This document shows positions 23,240 to 35,300 of a stretch of DNA of 64,000 bases, in pieces. The stretch covers positions 496,001-560,000 of the forward strand of contig CP142728.1 of NCBI GenBank assembly GCA_036630325.1, written 5' to 3'. The translations under genes were made by a program, and so were the position numbers. The notes beneath the pieces are model-generated. The model was not told the origin of the DNA. It was given only the letters and a program-made list of their open reading frames with translations, and searched no databases. Each line of letters starts with the position of its first letter. The first letter of the stretch is position 1. This DNA is from Vairimorpha necatrix. Taxonomy: Eukaryota.

Positions 23240-25025
23240 ATATAAATATTTTTGAAAAAGATCTTAGAAGGGCTGAAATGGAAAGTTGGATAATCAAATA
23301 TATACCAAATATTATGAACAGCTGGGAGATAGATATTCTTGTGAATAAAAGAAAATTATGAAAAAGGAATCCTTCAAGGAGCCATTCCATTGCCCTTACT
23401 TTTCGTATTGGCAATGAAACCGTTATCTAAAAAACTGAATGCTACTTATCCTAAGGTAGTTATAAACCTAGAAAAGATGGAATCCTACTGAACAACCCAC
23501 TTTCTCTTTATAAAAGATTTAAAATTAGTAGCGTAAAAAGAAGAAAAGCTAGCAGTAATGATATCAGAAATAATAAAATTTTTTAAAGCAGTCGGCTAGA
23601 AATGAATTAAAAAAAAATCTGCGATGAATTGCGATAAAATCAGCACGAAAATGTCTATTATAGCCCGTGATGATGAATATAAATACCTAGGAGTTCTAGA
23701 AACCAAAGAAAACAAACTAAGTAATATTACAATTGAACTCATTCAGGAAAAAATAAAATCACGAGTAAGAATGATTTAAAATACAAAACTTAACGCCAAG
23801 AACACTTTTAAATCACATATTGAATATGATATTTGACTTATAAATTATTATGTTGGAGTATTAAATTTAGAACCAAGATATTTGAAAAGATAGACTCTAA
23901 TATTAGAATATCATTAACCATACATAGAGTCCATTCACAGCCGGCATGCAAAGAAAAGCTATACTTTTTCCTGATGCGCTAGGAAGAGGACTAATAAGTG
24001 CAGTATTTAAAAGTGAAAGCACGCTTCTCAAACTAAGGTCGGGCTTCGAACAACCGGTCAATATCTACCCCGAAAGACGAGCTCTTATATTAAAGCAAAC
24101 AAAGAAAACTCACTTTTTCTTATTAAAGCACGTATACGTCCAGGAAAAATATAAGCTAAAGATGTGTAACAGAAACCATTAGCGTAGGCTCACCAAACAA
24201 ACCTATACAATAACATAAATAATAAACAGAACATAAAAAGTTGTTTAGTGCGTAGAAAATGAAATATTTAACATTAAAAATTCATCACTATGGCTCAAAG
24301 TAGGTAACACTAATACCAGGACAGAAAGTAAGTTATGTGCCTCTTAAGACCGAAATATTATATGGAGATTGGAAGCTGCCACCATTGTATTAAATCAGTA
24401 AAGTCCGTGGATCATCTAGCTACAAGGTGCAAAAATGTTAAGACACGATTATATGAAAAAGCATAATTAAATTGTTAAATGCATTCACCTACTAAGTTGG
24501 GAAAAATATAAAGTGCAGCCTAAGAAGAGATTAAGAAACCACTCAGTACAACATATAGTTGCTAACAAAGATGTGGAAATAAGAATAGACACGACGTTAA
24601 AAAAAGACATAAAGATCAAATATAACAAACCAGACATATCGTAGTAGATAAAAAGAACAAATTATTCAGAATAATCGAAATAGGTGTCACATCACAAGAA
24701 CATCTAAGCATAAAAACTATAAGTTAAGAAAATATGATGTCCTTGCGAACGAACTGGGCTTAATATATGGTTTTAAAAAAGAAATAATTTCCTACGTAAT
24801 CACAAGGAACGGTATAGTGACTAAGTTTCACAAATCTTATACCACAAAATTTGAAATCTTCAAAAAGGTAGAAGCGACATCCAGATGACCACGCCAAAGA
24901 AGACGCTAGAATTCAATTATCTGGACTACCGAAGGAGAGGAGACGAAGTCGATGTGGAAAGGACTATGGAGCAGGAAGCTACCTACAAGCAAGAGGCGCT
25001 AAAGCGGGACCTATCCTTGTTAAAT
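23240..25025 (+). pseudogene. Degraded non-LTR retrotransposon (RT + CCHC + restriction-like endonuclease)
   Basis: KGILQG..PLLFVLAM.PLS, YKYLGVLE, CHHC...VDHLATRC, KKHN, NKPDI, IIEIG and KYDVLANELG, read across frameshifts. Confidence 0.85.
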
Positions 25026-25139
25026 TAGAAGCATAAACTACACTAAGCATACCCTAATTAAATTCATTTATTTATAAGGAAAAAATTAACAGAGGCAAAA
25101 AATGATTAGAAATTTAAAAAAATATTGAATTTTTATTTT

Positions 25140-25550
25140 TACAACTTTTTTATAGCATAAGACATAACTATGAAATGACCTAGGAAGTTAAATCGTAGCC
25201 TATTGTTTTAATCTATCTATTGGGTCATGTAACCTCATTAGGCTCCCTACGTGGTTATTGAAACAAGCCCCTCTATATCCATTATACTTTGCCCCAATAA
25301 AGCTGGAAAACATTTATATTCGAATAAATTTAGAATTTATTCGCGGAATATATTTTTCAAGTACAACAAATGATTAGAGAAAAATATCGTCGTATTGAAC
25401 TTCTACAAAGTTTTCTTGATGAGCTCAGCAAAAAAATCGGCTTTACCTACCATGACTCCTTGTAAGTTGTATCTCGCAATTCAACAACAAGGACAATGAT
25501 TGAGGTTGGGTAAAAATTTCTTACGTCTCTACTTCATTTAGCCTTCATAA
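25140..25550 (-). mobile_element. Old diverged relative of the tRNA-SINE (3' half)
   Basis: Colinear blocks versus 12420-12780, e.g. CAAGCCCCTCTATATCCATTATACTTTG vs CAAGCTCCGCCGTATCCATTGGACTTTG, and CTACTTCATTTAG vs CTACTTCGTCTAG. Confidence 0.55.
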
Positions 25551-26105
25551 TTATCAAAAAATTTTAACATAGAAATGTTAGTTTAAAATTATTCTCATAC
25601 AAATATGTATATTGTAAATGAATTACAACCAGAGGGCCGGGGTAAGTGTCTTAAGATTTGTGATAAAGATAGAAATAAAATATATTGCGAACGGAATTGC
25701 ACTGTTTTTATAGGCCTAATCGACCACCCTGAACACATTTAAGCGACCTATATATTATCCATTTTTCTCCGAAATACAACCACACTACGTGCTGTTTAGA
25801 AAACTGACTAAATTTTTGCATCAATACATACCTCGTCAGTTTGTCATGTGCACATTAATTATTTTGAATAGCAAAGATAATTAACAATAAATACAAAGAA
25901 TATAAAGATATAATACTTGTCAAATTCTATTTACAACGGATTAATATTTTGCAGAAAACCACATATGTGGCAGACTAGAGAATCTTGGTGAGATAATAAA
26001 ACTAAAGAATTATAATCGGGAATTAAAAATACAATATAAAATCTTCAATGTTAAAAACAATATACATTTTTATCTTTAATTTAAATTAAATTCGAAAATA
26101 CCCCA

Positions 26106-27293
26106 ATGTTGCCATTTATTTTGTTATTAAAATGTTCAAATACAATATTTAAAGACTACGATACAAAATTGTCAAATCAATCACAACTTAAAAATGCTGC
26201 TAATGGTTGCGAATATTTTGATTTCGAGGCGATTTTGAGAGAAGGCAAAAATGAAACCTTAGATTTTGAAATTGTCGAGGATATTATGGAATTTTATAAA
26301 AATTATAACCATTTCTCCGAAAATATCAAATTAAATCAAGAAAATAATAAAACTACGAAAGAAGAGCCGGTAAATTATACAACCAATTGTCCGAAAATTG
26401 GGGAGTGTATGAATACAAACAATATGATTCTTCAACATAACAATGAAACTTTTCAGAAAAATATGCAGGACAAAGATGAAATTATGAAAAACGAAGAGAA
26501 TTTTGAACAAATACATGTCATTTCCCAAGTAAATAACATAACGAAACAAGTAAACTTGGATACACCAATGAATATATTTTTGCCTTTCACAAGTGGAACT
26601 AATTTAGAAAACGATAGAGACAATATTCTTTTTGTAAATCAACAATCTCCATATCACGTAATCGATAAAAACAAAACAAACAACATGAATGATAATATGT
26701 CGTTATATTATCAATACACAGAAATGAAAAATAGTCTCCAAACAGTTAAACAACAAGCTGAAAGGTACTTATTATCTAGACCTACTCAAAAAATCCATAT
26801 TCATAATATTAGAAAATATTATGAAAAAATCGAAGCCAAGAGGCGATCTATAAGAAATAAAAATTGTTGTTATAGAGAAAAATTAATGGATCCAATAACA
26901 TATATGCTCAGTACGCTTCATCACCTCGATTTATCAGATAAAGACATAATAAACGATTCTTTGAATTTCGTTATGAACATTATCAATTTTTTAATGCCTA
27001 AATTGTATTATTTGACTATAGAAACTGATTCCCTACAATTGAAATATTTATTATATTTAGCCATTTGGAAAATAGAAATAGTGACACAAACTTTAAATTT
27101 ACCAAAATTTATTGAAAAAATTTCCAAACATTTTAATATTAACATACAAAATAAAGGTGAAAATGAAAAACAAATAATTTACTATTTGGAGATTCTAAAA
27201 AGGAGATTTGTCGGCTTTTATAAAGATAAGCTGTGTTTGCATATGTATGAATTATGTGATTTAATCACAGAAATGCATGTGTCGAATGAATAA
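26106..27293 (+). CDS. Putative secreted protein, family B
   Basis: Starts ACCCCAATG. Signal-like MLPFILLLKCS. FDF...VEDIME.Y.N motif shared with 47629-48827. Confidence 0.8.
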   Translation: MLPFILLLKCSNTIFKDYDTKLSNQSQLKNAANGCEYFDFEAILREGKNETLDFEIVEDIMEFYKNYNHFSENIKLNQENNKTTKEEPVNYTTNCPKIGECMNTNNMILQHNNETFQKNMQDKDEIMKNEENFEQIHVISQVNNITKQVNLDTPMNIFLPFTSGTNLENDRDNILFVNQQSPYHVIDKNKTNNMNDNMSLYYQYTEMKNSLQTVKQQAERYLLSRPTQKIHIHNIRKYYEKIEAKRRSIRNKNCCYREKLMDPITYMLSTLHHLDLSDKDIINDSLNFVMNIINFLMPKLYYLTIETDSLQLKYLLYLAIWKIEIVTQTLNLPKFIEKISKHFNINIQNKGENEKQIIYYLEILKRRFVGFYKDKLCLHMYELCDLITEMHVSNE

Positions 27294-29262
27294 TTTGTGC
27301 AATAATATTTTTAATAAACTGGATTTATTATATTTTTTTTTAAATCAATAGTGTAAAAAAAAACTTACGGATTTATTTTATACTCAGAAAAAACAAAATT
27401 TTGTTTTATAGTTAGTTTAATAGTTGTTTGTTTTAAAAAGAATTACGATATTAGTCCATTTAAATTATCTCGAGGAAATTAGTAAAAACATAGTAAGTTA
27501 TTTAGTCTAATCTATTTCAGACTCATAAAGGTATATCTTGCTAATCGTACACTTTATGCGTACATTTGCATTAAACCCAATTTTTAGATTTATTATTATT
27601 GCAATATATTATTTGATCTCATTTATGTTCAAAAATTATGAATTTAAAGCTGTACGTGGTCATTAATACCAGGAAATTTACAAAAATTTACTATATAAGA
27701 AATTTTTAAGTTGATATTATTACCTAGTTTATTTAGCACTTTATCTAATATTCATTCGACTAAGTTTACAGCAAAAAAGACACAAGTATTCATAACATAT
27801 CATTAGACTTAATGTTTCTGTGCTATAAGCCTATATATAAACGACAAATTGACTTATATTGTTTGTTAAAAATATAAAAATCGTAAAATGACATATTCAT
27901 ACAGTCCTCTATAAATGATAAAGTAATATATAAAATTATCTATAAATATAATGAAAATGTTTGAAGTATGTATAATGCTTTGAAACGAAATTGAGAGTTG
28001 GATTAAGAATGATACTTAAGCACATAGAGAAGTTATGATGAACTGTGGAAATTTAATAAATTAAAACGAGAACCTTAAATACCATAAGACTTAAAATTAT
28101 TGATACATAACTGACCTTATTTGAATAAAAAGTTTCGGCACACCAATAAGCTTTTTTTTTGAAACTATTCTTCTTATAAGATAGACATGAAATTTTTAAT
28201 GTTTTGCTATAAATATATAGAAAAGTCGATGATCATATAAAAACTCGGAAATTTAATGTGTAAAACACTTTTTGATATGTCAATAATGTGATTTTTGAAT
28301 TTCAATGTATCTTTTTGTATCAAAAAAGAGACCAAAGAAAATATCTACGTGTCTGGTGGCTTCGGTACTAATTTTAAAATCTTGATGTTAAGATTATATT
28401 TTAGTTTCCCGTAGACCTAATTAGCACAAATGCTAAAAACGAATGATAATCTAGAAACATGGGATTTTTCAAACGAGTATTGCAGAGGAAATATGTGGTT
28501 CTGTTTTTAATTTGCATTTATTTATACAAAACATGTAGCTCGATTCAATCATACCTAGTAATTGAACGAAAACACTAACCGTCTTTTCGTTTCTTTAAAT
28601 TGCCCAGTAACGCGTTACGGTTATTGGCAAGCCGAGGAACTCTAATTTTAATCATATGTCCACAACCTAAAATATAAAGTTTTCATTGAAATTTTAAACA
28701 AAAAATACACCCGAAAATCTATATATGAGAGCCGAAAAGGAGAGATTAGAGCATTTTTCTTTAGCAATTAATACGAAATCAATTTGTCAATGTTTTTATT
28801 TAAATCAATATAATGGTATATGAGTTATTAGGAGAATGAAAAATCCATTTAGTCCCTTACTAGTATAAATACAATAAATTTTTAATTTAGCTTTGTTTAA
28901 TGATTCGAGGCGGAAAAAATGCGGAGGAGCAAAAAACAAAAAATAGAGTCAAATTTAATAGCACATTTACTAAATATAAATATACAATTTTAGTCTTTTT
29001 TTGAATTTTTAAATTTCTTTTTTTACTTATTTAATCAAAACATATCTTTTAATACATTCCAATGCATAAAAGATGAGTCTTGATCATCTTTATATAAGCA
29101 ATATTTTTTAAGTAAATTACATTGTTATAGACGGTATTGAGGAAGAAAAAACAACATTTAAATAGATAATATTTTTCTTCACAAAAGAGAATAGACATAT
29201 CTTATAAAATGGATATAAAGTATGATGGAAAATCTTAAAGCGGCATATACATTCCAAATTTC

Positions 29263-30275
29263 GGCTAAAGTGAGCATTAGCTACAAAAAATCGATATAGG
29301 GTTTTTTTGTTTTTTTTTGCCCCTTTTTTTTAAAAATGGAAGAAAGAAAATGATGAGGAAGGAACAAAAATAAAAACTAGAATTAATATTTTAATAAAGC
29401 TTCAAACACTGAAGTTGTGGAGTTTATTTGGATCATATATCTAAATAAATAAAGTTTAGTGCTATTCGATGATCTGTTTCTATTTGGTATAGAATGGTTT
29501 TGAGATAACCAATTGCCTTCTATGGTATTGGTATGTACTCCTGTATTCGAATCTCTAAATGTAATGTATGATTAACCATATGATGTTGGTTAAATATTGT
29601 ATTTAAAGAATAATACGCTCTCCACATATCGCTATATATAATACTGCTTCTACTTACATATTTTAAAAGAAGTTCAGTAAGTGTTCTTTTGTCTCTTTTC
29701 TTGATATATACTACTATGATTCTACGTTGGATGGTATGTTCAACCATTCCAAAACACCAAAATCCTTTTACTAACTTCCCCCTATTGTATTTATTCTTCC
29801 CAATCTTAGTCTCATCAATTTCCACTATAGTATTATCGCCTCCATTAGTCCCTATACTAGATAAATACTTATCATAAAGACTCATTTCTTTTAACTTTTT
29901 TAGCACGGAAGATATTGAAGGTTTAGTACAACCTAAGACTTGAGAAATGGACTTACGTGTATAACCTAGAATCCATAAATTTAGTATTTGTAATATTTTG
30001 ATGTGATTTAGCCTAGAATCCTGAAATAAAGTTTCATTCCAAATTGAAATTGTGTTTTTACATGAGCTTAATGGACACCTTATGAGACTTCTTTGCTTCA
30101 TTTTTTTTGATTACAGACGCTACATTTTTTATTTTTTTTCTTAATTATTAGATCATTATATATGATCTCCAATTCTTCTCTTGTCCGAATTCTTTCTTCC
30201 ATTTTTAAAAAAAAGGGGCAAAAAAAAACAAAAAAACCCTATATCGATTTTTTGTAGCTAATGCTTACTTTAGCC
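29263..30275 (-). mobile_element. Merlin DNA transposon 2 with ~85-bp TIRs
   Basis: TIR begins GGCTAAAGT(G/A)AGCATTAGCTACAAAAAATCGATATAGGG. 8-bp TSD CAAATTTC (29255-29262, 30276-30283). Confidence 0.93.
29383..30202 (-). pseudogene. Merlin transposase with two frameshifts
   Basis: MEERIRTREE...CSVC, then VEIDETK, KYNRG, WCFGMVE, IYSDMWRAY, VNH, and GVHTNTIEGNW in another frame. Confidence 0.85.
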
Positions 30276-30581
30276 CAAATTTCTTATTCGCTTAAAAATG
30301 AAGATAAACTAAAAAAGACCAAATAATATACATATCACAAATAGTGTATACGAGGCCTAAAATATATTTTAAAAAACACAAAACAAATGAAAACATGTCT
30401 AATATAATAAAGTATATCTATAGTAATAAAAGAATAAAAAATAAAACAGATTTTTACAAATATAGACTTCCATTAAACACATCTTTTATGGTTTATACAA
30501 TTTTAAATTAGTTTTATTGTTATGTTTATATATCCATAAAGCAAATTTTATCTTTATTAGACCAATTTTTCATTTTGTAAA

Positions 30582-31205
30582 GGTACATGACCGTTTGGAA
30601 CCCGCTTTGGGAAAATAACCCCGCTTTGAAATTTTAAAGGACCCCCTTTAAAAAATTGGCAAAAACATTTTTTGTTGAAGCAGATGAGGTTTTTAGTAAT
30701 GAAATGTATTTATACATGGAATATAAAGAAAAGTTTATTTTGAAAACATTTAATGCTGAATCGGCGTGCGCCTTGCTCGTTTCTGTAACTAGTAGAAATA
30801 CTGCTTTTTCCTTGAGGCAATACAAGAAAATGTATAACCTGTTTCTATTATGATCTCTAATCAATGGGTAGCATATGATGCCACATTAGCTAAGCAAAGC
30901 GATGGAGCACAGTACTAAGAATCACTCCATAAATGCTGTAACCTCTAGCGATTCTACGTCACAATACCATATAATTTAGTTGGTTTGGGCTCATTTCTAT
31001 AAGAGATATTCGATCTAGATACAAACAAAGAAGAACACTATGAGTACCTTTTATAGTTCCACTGAGCTTTTCAAATTCCCAAAAATCACCGGATAAGTTG
31101 TCTTCTGTCATTATTAAAAATAAATCATCAAATCCCTTTTTTATAATTTTTTTTAATTTTCCCTTTTTTGAATTTTTCAAAGCGGGTTCAAAACGGTCAT
31201 GTACC
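30582..31205 (+). mobile_element. Non-autonomous Merlin-type element, copy 1 (624 bp)
   Basis: TIR GGTACATGACCGTTT(G/T)GAACCCGCTTTG. 8-bp TSD TTTGTAAA/TATGTAAA (1 mismatch). Highly similar to 62073-62723. Confidence 0.85.
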
Positions 31206-32346
31206 TATGTAAATTTTTGTTTGTTTTTTTTGCGCTCTGTACGCTTCGATTTCGAAACAGATATAAAATAAAAAATTCAATATTTATGATATTAAGGAAG
31301 CTAAAGTAGAAATTAGCCTTAGCATTTACTAAATGTTGCTCTTTATGCATTATTTATGTTTTAAAATCGTTCTAAAACGAGACTTTTTTGCTATTTTGTT
31401 TCTAACGATTAAAGTCATAATTAAAAAAATGAGTTTTCGTGACAATAATAAAAATGCAAAGTTTTATATTTTACATGTTGATGTTTTGAAAGACAAATGT
31501 TTAACAATGACAAACATAAAATATTAAATCCCAACTTTAAAATTTATGCGTTCAAAGAAATATGTGATTTATCAATATTTTCAATCAAGTTTTAACTTGA
31601 ACACGTGCTTTGATAAAAAAGTATATCAGAATATTTTGTTTTGTCGCTTTGCACCATTAATATTATGTGCAAAGAATAAATAAATATTTTATTGAACTTT
31701 CCGTAGTCCTCTATAAATTGTTTTACATATCATATATATAAAAGAATTTTATTTAATTTTTTACCCCTAAAACTCAAAAAAAGAGAAAATTTAAAATGGT
31801 AAAATTTTTGTTTTAAAACAAAATTAAATGCTTTCACTGTATTTTATAGACAATTTTAGACCAGATACGTTATTTACATTTTATTTATAAATCATTTTTG
31901 AAATGCTTAGAAATATGATTTTCTCCTTTTTAATTTCTTCCTTTTAGAGAATGAAAACAAAAACAATATGAAACAAAATGTAGAAAAAATTTGTTACTAA
32001 TGTGTGAAATTAACTCAATTGGATTAAAATTTGTTACTGAATTAACGTTACCACTGCTATGTTGATTCAATAATAATACTTAACTTCTAAAAATCACATT
32101 TGCTCCTTTTTAATTCTTCCTACCAGAAATGGAAAATCAAAAATCAAAAATCAAAACAAGAAACAAACATTAAAAGGATGATTTACAAACATTAGAAATT
32201 TATCAACTGACTTAAAAACTCAATTAATTAATATTTAGACTAATATCAATGCTATTTATTAAAAAATCATAGTCTCATTTTTGTTTTCTTCTTTCCCAAA
32301 ATGGAATTTCAAAAACTATAAATACTTTTTTTTTTTTACCCCCATT

Positions 32347-35300
32347 ATGTTTACGAAAAATCAAACAAATTGCGATTTTAGTGAACAACCAAAAGCAACT
32401 ATCACTATCTCTCAGGAGATAAGTTATAATACAGAAAATGACAATGTTATTTTCTATGGGGCCAATGCCTCTGTACATAACACAAAAAATAAAAAAACAA
32501 ATGTCGGAGAAACAAAAAAAAGGAATTTTATATTCAGTTTCTCTGGCGAAAACAAAATACCATCCAACCCAACAAACAACACAGAAAAAACAGCTAGATT
32601 AACTGATAACACAAATATGGAAACTTTGACGGAGATTCTAGATATAGCTTGCAGAATCAGTACTAGAAACCATGCCGAACATTATTGTGGAGATCTCAAA
32701 GAAGAATGTGGCTTTTGTGGTGCATTACATTTTGCAGGAGAAGCAAGCAGTAATGGATTATACAAAAGCTGCTGTCATTTTGGGAAAGTTAAATTACAAA
32801 GAACAAGAGACTTCCCAGATGACATTAAGAATTTATTTATTGGGAAAGACAAAAACGCAAAGAACTTTAAAGAAAATATTAGATCCTACAATGCTGCTCT
32901 TTCTTTTGCTTCTCTTGGTGCTCAAATAGAAACTGTATTCAATGGACCATATGTATTCAAAATACATGGACAAGTGTATCATAACACTTATAATATAAAT
33001 AATATGGAATCTAATACACCAAAGAAATATGCCCAATTATATGTAGTGGATAGTGATATGGCAAACTCCCAAAGAATGCAAAATCCATCTAATAGAAATT
33101 GTGATATTAATATCATGAGCAAATTAGATGGATTTATAAGATCAGCCAATCCATATTCCAATGCGTATAAAAATATGTCTGAAATAATAAAGGAGCAAAA
33201 GGAAATGGGGAAAGAAGTTAAAGACATTTCTATGGTCTTTAATAAAAATTTAGAAAGAGATCAGAGAAGGTATAATGCTCCCTCTACAAGTGAAATCGCA
33301 ATGATTTTCACTGATCCAAATGGAGAACCCCCATTTGAGAGGGACATTAAAGTATATAGCAAGGGTTTTAATTCTGATAATTTACACTTGGATATTGTAA
33401 GTCCCCATCTAGATCCAATGACATATACTCTCTTCTATCCACATGGGGAAGCTGGATGGAATGCAAATTTGAGGCTAAAGTCTTATCTAGGAGAGGCACA
33501 GAAGATATCTTTGTTACAATACAAAGTAGCACAGATATCCATAAGAAAAGATAGTTTCAACCCTTTGCTTTATGGAGGAAAGTTGTTTCAACAATGGATT
33601 GTAGATTCATATCTACAAGTAGAAGCAAATAATTTAAACTTCATAAAATTAAATCAAAAGAAGTTGAGGGTAGATCTTTACAAAGGTTTGGTAGATTATG
33701 TAAATAATGGGTCAGAAAGTTCTGCCAAGCCCGTGATCTTACCATCAAGTTTTCAAGGATCTCCAAGAAATATGAGAGAGAGATACCATGATGCAATGTC
33801 AATTGTAAGAAATTTCGGCAAGCCCGATCTTTTTATAACTATGACTTGCAATCCCAAATGGAAGGAGATTAATGAGAATCTATTTGAGGGACAGACAGCA
33901 GTTGATAGACCAGATTTGGTAGCAAAGGTCTTTAACTTAAAGTTGAAAAGTATGATGGAAGAGATTTTGGCAGGAAGAGTGTTTGGGGAAGTCGTGGCTC
34001 ATCTCTATTCTATTGAGTTTCAAAAACGTGGACTTCCTCATGCACATATATTGATAATGTTAAAGGACAAGATTCGGGATGAAAATATGATAGATAAGTT
34101 TGTAAGTGCAGAAATACCATCGCCCATGGAAAATGAAGTGTTACACACCTGTGTAACAAAACATATGATTCATGGACCATGTGGACTAAGTAACTTGACA
34201 AGTCCATGTATGGAAAATGGTCTCTGCACTAAGGAATATCCTAAGGAACATAATACTGAAACAAGGATCAATAAAGACGGATATCCTGAGTACAGACGAT
34301 CTAGAGGGGCCGAGTACAATGTAAGGGGCAACATTGTTACTAATGCTAACGTGGTCCCTTATAATGCTTATCTTCTTGAAAAATACAATTGTCATATCAA
34401 TGTAGAAGTTTGTACTTCTATCAAGTCAGTAAAGTATATTTTTAAGTATATTTACAAGGGATTTGATTGTGCTGAAATGAGAATAACTGACAACAATGAA
34501 ATTGATCATTTTGTGAATTCCAGATATGTCTCAGCACCAGAGGCTACCTGGAGATTAATGGAATACAAGATGCATGGAAGATCTCATAAGATCCATAGAC
34601 TTCCTGTGCATCTTCCACAAGAACAATTGATCACTTTCGAAGAAGGCAGAGAAGAGGAAGCCGTTAGATTGTCCGATCTTAGACAGACTCCTCTTTTAGC
34701 CTACTTCAAATTGAATGAAGTTGATGAAGGAGCACATCGATTTTCGTATAGTGAGATACCCTATCACTATACATATAAAAGGGGAGAATGGATTAGGAGA
34801 AAGAATAAGTATAGTAAGATAATTACTAGACTTTATTCTGTATCTCCAATAGAGAAGGAAAGATTTAGCCTCAGAGTTCTATTGATCAATGTAAAGGGGG
34901 TTAAGTCATATGAGGATTTGAGAACTGTAAATGGTGTAGTTTACAGTTCTTTCGCAGAGGCGGTGGAAGAAAGAGGACTTCTTCAAGATGATAAAGAATG
35001 GGAAAGGGCTTTGGATGAGGCTGTATCAACCGAGTCCCCATCAATAATAAGAGCATTGTTTGGATATATTTGTGCTTTCAATAAGCCTAAAAATACCAAA
35101 GAACTCTTTGAGAAGTATCTTGGAGATATGTCTGAAGATCTAGATCAGAATAGTAGAGACGAAATATTAAGTAGATTAAAAGATATAGTTAATGCTCATG
35201 GATGGAGCTTAAATGCTCTGGGTTTAGATGAGCCGATTAACTATATCAAGAATGAAAGAGCCGTCTTTGATAATGAACAAGATCTAGATCAGATGATATC

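Noticed and set aside
27950-28150. Possible Tc1/mariner remnant
   Set aside because: The similarity is too weak and no paired TIR or TA TSD was found.
32281-32346. TTG/GTG-initiated N-terminal extensions in the ORF track (also 10925, 18141, 58173)
   Set aside because: The context is eukaryotic, and downstream ATGs preceded by the CCC motif are better starts.
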